Source: Rhizaria sp. SCN 62-66
Lineage: Eukaryota
Reading direction: 5' to 3'
Length of the DNA stretch: 64,000 nt
NCBI GenBank assembly: GCA_001724265.1
Contig: MEDY01000022.1
Coordinates: 62,001-126,000 of the forward strand
Under the pieces are notes generated by a model. That model did not search any database. It was not told the DNA's origin and worked only from the letters and a program-made list of their open reading frames with translations. Position 1 is the stretch's first letter, and each line of letters opens with the position of its first letter. The position numbers and the translations under genes are program-made. Of this stretch, positions 35,101 to 45,689 are shown piece after piece.

Positions 35101-38093
35101 TAGATCGCGGTGTGCGGTGTCGCCGTCAGCTGGCTCGCCCGCGCGCCGTGCGTCGCGACGGCCTGCGAGAAGACCATCGCCAGGTCCACGGTGTCATGCG
35201 GCGCCGTATACGTGGAGTCAGAAAGAATGTAGATGTTGGCCGGGATGGCGACTGTGGCGGAGAAAAAGGTCAGTCGCGCGACGTCTAGCAGCTGATTTTG
35301 GTGCACAAATCCGTGCGTCGTCGGTGCAGTGTGGCGCTTGTTGGACTCTGCAGCGTTCTTGCCTGTGCTGTTATTGGCAATGCTTTGATCTTCTATCGGA
35401 CCCAGCAATGTGGGGCGGAATTGTGCGCTGGTGTACGTCACATCAGTGTCATCCTTCCTGTCATGAAGCTGTTCGCGTTCGATCTTGCCCTCCTCGGAGG
35501 CATCGCTGTCGCTGTCACTGTCGCTGCCATTGTTGTTGCCGGCATCCGTGAAGTCGGCGTCGTCGGAGTCGTCGGCGCAGTCGGCGATCTCCGGCAGCGC
35601 GATGACCTTGCTGCCGAGCGCGTGCACGTCGAAGATCCGCACCACGCTCAGCACGCGCGCGGCCACGGCGCGGTGCACGGTTGCGCGGAGCGCGTGGTGC
35701 CACTGGAAGTGGGCCGCCAGCAGCACCGGCAGCGACACAAGACCCGCGCCATGGGGCTTGTTCACCAGAGCGGCTTGGGTCACGGGAGATGACGATGAAG
35801 ACGACGCAATCGAACGAGTCAGTGGGAGACGGAGTGTCGTAGCGAATAGCAATTGCGCAGCGCGCAAGTGGCGCAGCCCCCCGCGTAGCGACCGTGGTCC
35901 GCTAGCATTAAACGCGGCGAATGACTGTGAACACGCGTTGTAATACGCAATCGCAGCGTTCATAGCGTCAGCAGCCGTCGCAGGAACAACTGGCACGAGG
36001 CACACATCGTTGCGCGCAACAATAGCGCCGTCGGCATTCACTGTCACCGTATCTGCCGCACCAGTCTGCGCATCACCACTCGCACGTGCACCCGCCCCCG
36101 CAGCAGGGGCAGCGGCGTTGGCAACCAAGGCCTCAGAGGCGGCGACTGTGAGTCTGACCGGCGGCAGCGAGCGCAGCACCGGGTCCGCGGCCACGTTGTC
36201 CACGGCGGGGCGCCACCACAGCGGCAGTCGCAGTTCAGCAGCAGCAGCAGCAGCAGGAGAGCAACTGTTGTTGCACTTCTCCTCCTCACTGTGATTCGCA
36301 TTAGCGATCACAGACTTAGCGTTGGTGTTGGCACCACCGGTCGCAGCAACGGCGGCGGCGACCTCTCTGGTCGCCGGCGCCACCGCGGCCGAGACAGAGG
36401 CCGACGCGAAGCGCAGCGCCACTTTGAGGGCTTCGACGCGCGCGCGCTCGGCGGCCACATGCGTGCGCAAAGCGGCCAGCGCGGCCTGACTTTGGAGCAT
36501 AACGACCTGACTTTGAGACAGTCGCGGACTCGCCACAGTTTTGTTAGCCTGCCTGTCCTCATTAGTTGCATCAACAGTCGTTTTAGCCGCTATCCTGGCC
36601 TTGAGGGCCGCAAGCGTGGCCTCCGCCGCGTCGGCCTTAGCCTTGATCGCAGCGGCACGGCGCCGCGTCTGTGCCAGCGCCACCGTCTCCGCGTCGGCCT
36701 GCGCCTGTGCGACGGCCGTGCGGGCAGACAGCTCGGCCAAAGAGCAGGCCCAGTCTGATAACACACTGGGCTTGACGAACACAGCGGGTTCCGGCGTCAC
36801 AGCCGGGTGCGCGGGATCGACATAGCCGATCGCCGCAGTCTGGGTTGTGGTCTTGGACGTATATGTGGCGGCCGCGGGCCCGCGACCAAAGAGCGAGGCA
36901 AAGCCGTCAGCGCCTGAGCTGATGTGGGCGAAGTTAAAGTATGGCTTAAAGGTCGACGGGTGCGGAAAGGGCGCAATCGCGTTGTTATAGATGGTGTTGC
37001 TGTTCAATTTGATGTTGAAGCTCATTCCATCAGTACGCGGCGTCAGGTCGGCAGCGCCATTGACGACGTTACTATTGTTGTGCGCGTTATTAAGGCCACC
37101 GGGAGCGAACGTATTGGCAAACGGTGCAAACGCCGAGTTGGGAGCTTGCACAAACCCACCAGTGGCGTGCGTTTGCTGCATAATAGGACTAAAGAACTCC
37201 GCATAGTTCATCTCGTGCGGCTTGAAGAAGTCCTCGTTGACGTGCGTCGGGGTCAAGACGGAGTACGACGATGACGGCGCCCGCTGCTGCTGTTGAGACA
37301 ACTGAATTTGTTCGTACTCGTGTTGCTGCTCGCTCTGCAGTTGCTGTGGCGAGGGCTGCGGTTGCTGTTGTTGCCGTGTGTTGTAGTTCGAGTTGGAGCT
37401 CGGGCTAGAGCTGGGTACGGCTGCCGTAGCACTGCTACGTGTGGTGGTGTAGTTGTCTGCATTTGATCTTGACGCAGGGCCACGAGCTGAGCCAGCATCA
37501 GACTGTCCAGAGGCAACAGCAGGAGTAGCAGCGTTCGAGTTGCTGTTGCTGCTTGCAGGGGGGCGTGCGGGTCCGGCAACAACAACAGCAGCTGCAGCGT
37601 TTGCCGCTGCAATACCTGCGATGTTTGCGTTGATTGCGGTCTGGTGAAACACGTCATGCGGCACTGGAGCCATCACTCCCGCCGTCGCGCCCTCAGTTGT
37701 CAGTGTGAGCGCAGCCAGCAGCGGCGAGTGCTGCGGCTGCACATCGACTGCAGCGTGTGTTGCTGTCGCGGTGTTGTAGTGATGTTGGTGTTGAGAAAGC
37801 GCGAAGACGACGGCAGGTGTGTCGTCCTCATACACGGAGGGGACGACGTCGACGGCAGGGGAGAAACCGTCGCTGTCGCTGGGGTTAACGGTGAGCGCGG
37901 GGAACACGCCCGCAGTCCGCCCCGGCACAGCGAGCCCTGAGACTCCCACTGGCGAAGGTGCTGTGGTGGCCGCAGTGTTGACTCCGCCACTGGCAGCACC
38001 GCTAGCGGCCGACGCTGCAGCGACGGCTGGCGACGATGGGGCAGGTTGGGACGCGGCAGGCAGGCCACTATGGCTAGGCCCAACAGGCTGCAT
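16896..38093 (-). CDS. Giant uncharacterised protein, ~7065 aa, one reading frame containing four in-frame TAG codons
   Basis: ORF-track segments 32211-38093, 25092-32183, 22545-25037, 18438-22469 and 16896-18239 share one frame. I translated the four gaps by hand: each is open and separated only by a single TAG. No AT-rich spacer or intron-like sequence lies between them. The frame ends at TAA 16898-16896, followed by AT-rich UTR. Ala/Ser/Thr/Gln-rich; no family recognised. Confidence 0.85.
17071..17117. repeat. (TGT/CAA)n coding microsatellite, poly-Gln in the giant ORF
   Basis: Perfect tgt run on the + strand, read as CAA repeats on the minus strand. Confidence 0.95.
18438..18440 (-). other. 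In-frame TAG codon (putative Gln)
   Basis: Context ...HGHNQ[TAG]YSDPNYYG...; frame stays open to 16896. Confidence 0.8.
22545..22547 (-). other. In-frame TAG codon (putative Gln)
   Basis: Context CTA CAG CAG TAG CAG CAA CAT = LQQ[TAG]QQH, inside a poly-Gln run. Confidence 0.85.
25092..25094 (-). other. In-frame TAG codon (putative Gln)
   Basis: Context RQQLQQQSS[TAG]RQHANNSNKQTKPQRPATVAVQIPQQ; frame continues. Confidence 0.8.
32211..32213 (-). other. In-frame TAG codon (putative Gln)
   Basis: Context CAG CAG CAC TAG CAG CAG CAA CAT CAG CAG = QQH[TAG]QQQHQQ. Confidence 0.85.
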
Positions 38094-39140
38094 ATGATTT
38101 AAAGCGGTGGGAGCAAGCCCGAAGGCTGCTGTACGCTGTAAAGGGTGAAGTGACTGGGGTCGGTCTCGGTGGGAACGCTCTCAAGAGACTCCAGCAAAGG
38201 CGATTACAAACCTATAACAACCACAAATAAAAACAAAACAATAAACTTCAGCAACAAAGTAAATACACAAACGTGATAAGCTTGGTTTTTTGCATACACT
38301 TGAAATATTCAAAGAGCTTGGCAGCAAAGACAGCAAGTGGGAGTGTAGGCCAAAGTTGAGTCTGAATCTATCATCTTTCCTGTATGATAGTGAGACCTCT
38401 GAGTAGTTTTAAGCAATGGTGCAAATACATCGAGCCCGTATTAGTCGTGTATATGTGATATCAAGTTATTGCCCGAGATTACGGATCCTGCGTCGTACAA
38501 CTCGTGATGTTTTGAGTCACACACACGACCAATCCGATCTTGTGGTGTCGCTGTCTCATCCTGGCTGAAGTAATCCTTTTAGTCGTCATCGCCGTGTCAA
38601 CGACGGCGCGCGCCCACCGCCAGCCTGCCGACTGAGCTGGCGCGAAGGGCCCCAAGACAACCTTACCTCTAGCGGGGCATCCTTGCACTCATTCTCTGCA
38701 CGAGGCAGCTTATGGTTTTGTCTTTAATTGACGTGCAAATTTTAAATGCACCTGTTAGATTCTCTTTCAATTGATTTCTTGGTAAAAATTGCTGGTTGGA
38801 GCGCACTAAATGACTTCTTGTGGTGAGGGGCTCAAGGAGAAGCAATTTCCCCCCTCACCTTCATATCAAGCCCGTCTTGTGTCATCCAAGAGCTCGATAT
38901 GGTCTCATGGCGATTTTCGCAACTAATACCCGCTTGCATATATTGCGTTATTAGCTCACGTGCCGCGTTCATCCCGCGTTGAGGCATGTACGTTCGCTTT
39001 CCTCTCTTTTCGCTCATAACAAACCCACGCTCCTTCCGTACTGTTCTCTTTCTTAACTGCACCTGTTCCGCGTTAATCAAGGCGCTTGTCGCATCAAGTA
39101 ACAGAAAAGGAGTGTATTCGCTTTTCTTTCTGTTTCGAAC

Positions 39141-42100
39141 ATGTCGGCCCCCAAGGAGCGCGCTCGTGTCGAGGTACGTCTATCCCCTCCCAGAACTACT
39201 CACACGTGCGTTATTCCACTCCATCCCGCTCTTATACGCTCATCCCACTGCTCTAAATCAATTGATTCGTATGCATCGCCTCTTCTTGTTGTTGTATTTT
39301 CGTTATCACAGTACGACTACTCGCCGCAGTACCCTAACAGCGATGAGCTGACCCTCAAGGTAGGTGACATCGTCGAGATCGTCTCCCGCGAGAACGAAAC
39401 CGACGGGTGGGTCACCGGCTCCATTAACGGCCGCCTCGGTGTCTTCCCGGGCAACTACGTTAAGACGCTCCCGCCCGCGGGCGCCGCGCCGCCGCCGCCG
39501 CCGCCGATGCCGAAGCAGGCTGTGGTATCTGCGCTGCCCGTGGTCTCCTCGGAGAACGTCAAGATCACGCTCGGGGGCGCCTCGCCGCCGCCGCCGCCGC
39601 CCTTCCAGCAGCAGCAGTCGCCGAAGTCGCCCGTGGGCTCGACTGCGCAGGGTATCCCGATGTCGTCCAGTACCAGCAGCGGACTCTCAGTCTCGTCCTC
39701 GACCAACGCGGCCTCGCCCGTCGGCTCCAACGTCCGCCTCGGCGGCAACGACAACGTGCGCCGCCGCCAGACGCTCATTGGGCTCTACGCCCACTACTCG
39801 GCCATGATGTCCGGCTCCTTCTACTGCCTTACGGGCCTCGGGCTGCTGCTCTGGGGCGCCTGGGGCTTTTCCCCCTCGCCCATCTACGACGACCACGCCT
39901 CGCCCCCCGCGTTCGACATCCTCGACGCGTGCGTCGGCTTCTTCGCCTTCTTCTGCGGCTTCGGCATCCTGCTCTACGAGATCCGCTACGGCAAGGCGCG
40001 CGGCGGCGTCTCCCGTGTGCCCTGGCGCGGCATCCTCTACGTGCTCGCCGGCGTGCCCGGCTGTTTCGCGCTGCCCACCGCGATCGGCGCAGGTACGCTT
40101 TTCGTCTCGGCTATTCCTAACTTCTACTCGTCCTACCTCGGCGAGTTCTACCGCCCGCCGCTGCCGCCGCGCAAGCCGGCGGCGGGCAAGGCCGGTGAGG
40201 ACGTCATGGAGGGCTTCTCGCGCGGCTCGCGCTGCCTGGCGCTCTTCGGCGGCCGCAACCCCGACAAGCAGGTGAGCCGCATCGTGTTCTTGGTTGCCTA
40301 CATCGCGGCCAACGTTATCGTCGGTGCCTTCAACGCCAAGAACGCCTATGACGCGATCCAGACCATCAAGGACTTTAACGACGACAACCAGCGCAACCCG
40401 AAAATCCCCCCCGTGGCCGACAAGCAGTACATGACCTACTGGGTCTGCGTGGCCAAGTTCTTCGGCGGCATGATGAACCTCAACTACTCGATCATCCTCA
40501 TCCCCGTCGCGCACAGCGTCATCCGCTGGTTCGTCGACAACTCGCGCACGCGCACGTGGTATTCGTACATCATCCGCGGCATCCTCTGGTTCTTCCCCGT
40601 CGATGACGCCATCAAGCTCCACAAGCTCATCGCCTGGACGGCCTTCGCCGCCGCGATTGGCCACACCGTCGCGCACCTCTTCAACTACGTGCAGAAGTCG
40701 CAGCTGGTGTGGGACACCTTCGGCCCGGGCATCTGGGTCACGGGCATCCTGCTCGTGCTCATCATCTTCACTGTCTACCCGGCCACGCACGTCAACGTCA
40801 AGCGCGGGCACTTCGAGATCTTCTGGATTACGCACATGCTCTACGTGCCGCTCTTCGTGCTCACGCTCATCCACGGCAAGAACATGATCGGCCCCAACTA
40901 CTGGAAGTTCTTCATCGGTCCCGGCGTCATCTACCTCGGCGAGCGCATCTACCGTGAGGTTGCCACCCGCAAGCCCGTCAACGTCATCTCGGCCACGTTC
41001 ATGTCCAACTCCGTGCTCTCCCTCGTCGTCGCCAAGTCCGGCGCGCTGGCCAAGTACACCGAGGGCCAGTACGCCTACATCTGCTGCCCCGCCATCTCGG
41101 GCCTTCAGTGGCACCCCTTCACCATCTCCTCCGCGCCCCAGGAGGACTGCGTCTCTTTCCACATCCGCGTTCAGGTACGAGTTTCAGAACGACATACTCA
41201 GAATTCCCTGTGTGACTATATTTTAATTGTGTTTGTATCTCTCGATATCTACTTTTGATTTCTCAAAGCGACAGTATGTCCTTCATATCTTTTTTTATTG
41301 TAAAATCTGACTCATTTTAGGACCGTGGCTCGTGGACGTTCAAGCTGCGTGAGTTCTTCCGCGTGCTCGGCGCCGGCACCAACAAGGCGTGCCTGAAGCT
41401 GGCCCACCTGGAGGACGGCCGCGCCGTGCCGGGCCTTATCGACGGCCCCAACGGTCTGCCCCTGTTGCGCATCCACGGCCCCTACGCGGCGCCCACGCAG
41501 CACTTTTGCGAGTACAACGAAGTCATGGTCTGCGCCTCAGGCATCGGCGTGACGCCGCTCGCGTCGGCGCTTAAGTCGATCGCGCACTTTCGCTGGCGCT
41601 TCTCGCTTGACCGCGCGTTCCCGGACTCGGCCACGTTCATTTGGGTCGTCGCCCACAAGGAGATCCCCTCGTTCCGCTGGCTTGTCCGCACCATCAAGGA
41701 GGCCGAGGACGCCGTGCTGAACCTCCAGTCCAAGGCGTCCAAGGAGAACAACAACCGGCGCATTAAGTTCCGCATCTTCATCACCTCGCACAGCAAGACC
41801 GAGACAGAGCGCTATCTGCGCCTCAAGGAGGAGGAGCGCAACGCTGAGGACGCCGGACTTTGGGGCATGCCCTACGCCAGCAACGACACCGTGTCCAAGC
41901 TCTCGGTCAACTTCACCGAGCAGCAGCTGTATGACGCGCTGATGAGCCCCAAGGAGGGCACGCAGACGTTCGGCAACGTGCTTATCACGCTCGGCCGCCC
42001 TAAGTGGGACGAGATCTTTGGTGCCGTCCAGGACACCACCGCCGAGAAGGACGTCGGCGTCACCTTCTGCGGCAACCCGCTCATCGGCTCCGACATCAAG

Positions 42101-42172
42101 AACGCCTGCCTCAAGTTCTCCCACAAGGACAACGGCAAGATCAAGTGGCACCTCCACAAGGAGGTCTTCTAA
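39141..42172 (+). CDS. NADPH oxidase (NOX/gp91phox family) with N-terminal SH3 and fused p22phox-like domain (~915 aa)
   Basis: Exons 39141-39173, 39312-41174 and 41321-42172. SH3: ARVEYDY...DELTLKVGDIVEI...DGWVTG...GVFPGNYV. Haem His pairs KLHKLIAW...IGHTVAH and FEIFWITHMLY...LIHG. FAD motifs QWHPFTISSAP, HIR, GSWT. NADPH motifs HGPYAAP, SGIGVTP, FIWV, GRPKW, VTFCG, HKEVF. Stop TAA. Confidence 0.93.
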
Positions 42173-42810
42173 GGCGTTCTCTTTTACTCTTTTAGAGCTA
42201 GTGGAGAACAGTCTCTCGAGTACAAGTAACTTAAGCTTTCTTTTGCGTCAAACACGGATTAACCTCATTATTTGACAATGAACTCGGTCTGCCTGACTGC
42301 ATCTGTGCGTCATTCATATTCATGAGGCTGATGCCGCAAGACGCGTAAGGCTTTTATCTCTTACTGTTTTTTTTTATTTTCCTTCTTCACGTTTGTTTTG
42401 TATACTTTGTTGTTTTTGCTGTTAATCTTTTCGGGTTGATTTTGCTTTTTATTCCTTCACTATCCATATCTCCTTTTCACTTTTACAACAAGCGATTGGT
42501 ATGCATTTCGTCATACAATCAGCCCCACTGTTGTGGCTGATGTGCGTTTTGTGTGGATGAATCGATTACCAACTCATCACAAGTTTTCCTTTTACTCATA
42601 CTACTCGTTGTTTGATAAAGAATACTAATATAATATAACCATACAAATATTCAGTATTAGACAATAACATCTCCGAACACTTCTTCTTTAAGTTGACCGA
42701 CTGACGCTTTTTCAAGTTGTTGTTGCTTTTAGTCACGTAACTTGAATCCTTCTGCAAGCGCACTTACCGTCGTGAAAGCGAGGTAATATCAGGCGGACTA
42801 TCAAGAGAAT

Positions 42811-44490
42811 ATGACTCTCTTGCTCGTGTGCCTCATGCTCCTGCAGATTGTGAATGCTAGCAGCTTGTTTAATTCTTTGCAATTCAGCAATTCACAACAG
42901 CAGCAGCCGCAGCTTCAAGAACACTTCTTTGATCGACGCGCCACGTTTCAAAACATCAACCCATCGCAGCATCAGCAGCAAATCGCCCTTGCATAGCAGT
43001 CTCCGCAGCAACGACAGCAGCTGCTGGACCAACAACTGCAGCAGCAGCAGGCACAACAGCAAGCGTCAAAAGAGATTCATCAGAACCCTCAGGGCCCCAT
43101 GCCGAGGCTGCGGCCGGATACAACCTCTGGACTCGATCTCTGTTATGCGTTAGTTGATACAAGCTACAGCGCACCGCCGGTGCTTGAAATAGCCGGACGT
43201 GGGCCATCGGTGTACACAGCTCCCAGCTACGGTGGCTACGGCGGCTCCAATGGCGGCAACGGGCTGGTGAGTAGAGGCGGCAGTTTGCAAGGACAGATTC
43301 CGGTGCAACAAATGCCGCAACAGCCAATTCAGCAAAGTCTGCGGCTTGGTATACCGTTTTCATTTGAATATAGTGGATACAAGCCGCTATCTCCACTATC
43401 AAGCGTGTCCAACGATATTTTAACTCGAATCAACTTGCTATCGTCGAGCGAACTGTCACAAACGCACACGTTCGTGACTCAGCAACAGCCGTATCAATCA
43501 TATCCTCTGCAGCAACAACAGCCCTATTACCAGCCTGCTCCGACTTACCCTGTTAAACAGCCGTCGTATCAAAAACCGGCGCCGCCTGCAGTCACCGCGA
43601 TCTCTGGTTACCGAGGCACGTACAACAACTACGGCCCTCCCATCCAGTACTACCACGGCGACGGATATGGCTACGCTGATGCAACGTATGAGTTCTCGTA
43701 TCTACCAAAGTACGACTATTACCAGCCGCCGACTTACACACCGCCGCCGCAACCCACTTACTCTCAGCCGCAGTCGGCATACGGAAGCAACGGCGGGTAC
43801 AGTAGCGGAAGCTACAACAGCGGCGTCCCGCAGTCCGGAGCGCAGCCCATCATCGCCGAGGCGAGCGACGTCGCCGACGTGTACTGGGCGCAGGAGCGGC
43901 TGCACCAGCTGGACCGGCAGCGCGTTGTAAATGATGCCGCGGGCGTGGGACAGGGGCTGCCGCAGACGCGCCTGATGGGGCAGGGCATCGGGGTGCGGCG
44001 CTTTTCGCTTGACACACCAGCGCCAGCAACTCATCCCCAGCTTTTTTTGTCCGGACACGGCACGAACACGCTTGCGGTGTCATATGGCGGCGCTCCAGCG
44101 ATGTCCTACGGCAAGGGTCTCTCTTCGTCCAAGGGAATGCAATCCTCTCAGCAAATGCAGCAGCTGCAGGGTAGCACGTACATCGGGGACAAGCCAAGCA
44201 CGTACACTGGCAGTAGCAACACAGGGATGCACTATGGCTACAACAACGCATACAGCGGCGCAAATAGCAACTACAATGGTTACAGTGGTTCCAATAGCTA
44301 CAGCGGCGGCTATAATACGCCACAGTACACGACAGTCCGACCCATCGAAGAGTTCCGAATCCCGTTCAACACCGGCGGGGTAATGGTGGGACGCAACGGG
44401 CTCGGTGGCAGGGATGCGGGCGGCAGCAACAACTGGGGCATCAGGTCAGAGTTCAACGACGGCAACTCGTGGGGGTGGGGAATCAACTGA
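42811..44490 (+). CDS. Secreted Gln/Tyr/Gly/Pro-rich protein (559 aa) with one in-frame TAG
   Basis: ORFs 42811-42996 and 43099-44490 are in the same frame and joined across TAG 42994-42996; the gap reads QSPQQRQQLLDQQLQQQQAQQQASKEIHQNPQGP. N-terminus MTLLLVCLMLLQIVNA looks like a signal peptide. Stop TGA. Confidence 0.8.
42994..42996 (+). other. In-frame TAG codon (putative Gln)
   Basis: Context SQHQQQIALA[TAG]QSPQQRQQ. Confidence 0.8.
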
Positions 44491-44953
44491 GTCATCGTGA
44501 AGATATCACCATTGATCGTATCTCATAGAAAGCGATCCAGGTATGATATCTAGATTGTTGAATGCATTGTACGTATGCAATAATGTGTGAGTGTGTATTT
44601 TGTGAACATCACAAGGAATAGGAGGCCTTTTTTGTTGTTGCTTAGAGCAACTTGTGACTGCAATGACGAGAGTTCACGAATAAATTATGTGTGTTTGAAG
44701 ACAGAAACAAGACTGAATATTGATTAGCATGCATTTCTACATATATGCATCCTACTGCTCACTAGAACTGTTAGTTACGATGTGTTGTACTGGATGACTC
44801 GTCGAAAAACTACGAAAGCAGCGAGCTCACTCTCACAAAGCTAAAACAAGGCACAGATCGCACAACACCGCCAATCACCGAAATATCACAACATCGGGGT
44901 GATGATGTACACTGCTTCGACTGCTTTGTGATGTCTCATCGACAAGTGTAGTC

Positions 44954-45358
44954 TTAGTGACAGCCGCGGACCTGGGAGCTCTTGATGAGGTCAAGGTTTT
45001 TCTCCGCTTTGCGCACAAGGAACTCGACCTTGAGGATCTGCTTGCGGGGCACGTCCTTGTTCATGCGGAACTCCTCTGTGAGAAAGCCATGTAAAACGCA
45101 GAAAGCAGAAATTGAGAGTGAAAGGACGTGAGCGGATGTCTCGGCGAGTGTGGGTTAAAACGAGGAGGTTATCGGCTAGACGCGGGAGTGTACAGAGACA
45201 GTAGGAGGCAAGTTGAGCGTACCCTTAACGGCGGAGGTGATAGAAGGATCCTTGCCTTTAGCACAGCGCAGCATCTGGCGATAGAGCGAGAGGATGTGCA
45301 CCTGTGCGGGGCTCTTGGCGGACGCCAGCGCGGTCGTGGTCTTGAGCAGGGACGACAT
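44954..45358 (-). CDS. SDHAF1: LYR-motif protein, succinate dehydrogenase assembly factor 1-like (85 aa)
   Basis: Exons 45358-45223 and 45075-44954 (intron GTACGC...CAG). Translation MSSLLK...AQVHILSLYRQMLRCAKGKDPSITSAVKEEFRMNKDVPRKQILKVEFLVRKAEKNLDLIKSSQVRGCH matches the SDHAF1 pattern VLSLYR...EFR...PR...IEYL.R. Stop TAA. Confidence 0.85.
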
Positions 45359-45689
45359 CGCGGTTATGTGCGGGGTGCGCGACAAGATGTGTCTTCCAAA
45401 AGTAATTAAAAGAGGGAAATTGACCTTCAACAAAGAGGTAACTGATGGGAGGCCTGTGTGTTGTTTAACGGTCAGAGCAGCGAGTTCCACTTGCCGAAAG
45501 TCGATCACCCCATCCCTGCCCCAAGCCGAACCACAACCGTCGGACAAACGAGCCTGCGTTTTCGCAAGAAACAGTGCCTATGCCTATGAAACAAACGCAG
45601 AAAGAAATAATCGTTATGTATTGATGCCATTTGGCTGTTGATAAAATCGAATTTACACTTATAATCGAATCACTACTTCATGACCGCGC

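Noticed and set aside
16896-38093. Giant ORF as a pseudogene or as five tandem genes
   Set aside because: Only TAG interruptions, no TAA/TGA or frameshifts in 21 kb, all segments in one frame, and no intergenic-type sequence between them.
38094-39140. Short ORFs and possible upstream exons or uORF before the giant gene
   Set aside because: An in-frame TGA at 38183-38181 blocks extension and I found no convincing GTACG donor giving a continuous frame; treated as UTR and promoter.
18438-42996. A-to-I editing (UAG to UGG), pyrrolysine, or programmed readthrough as the explanation for the TAGs
   Set aside because: Gln-tract context fits neither Trp nor Pyl, downstream contexts vary, and none of these explains the absence of TAG among the 13 terminal stops. 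Not formally excluded without RNA data.
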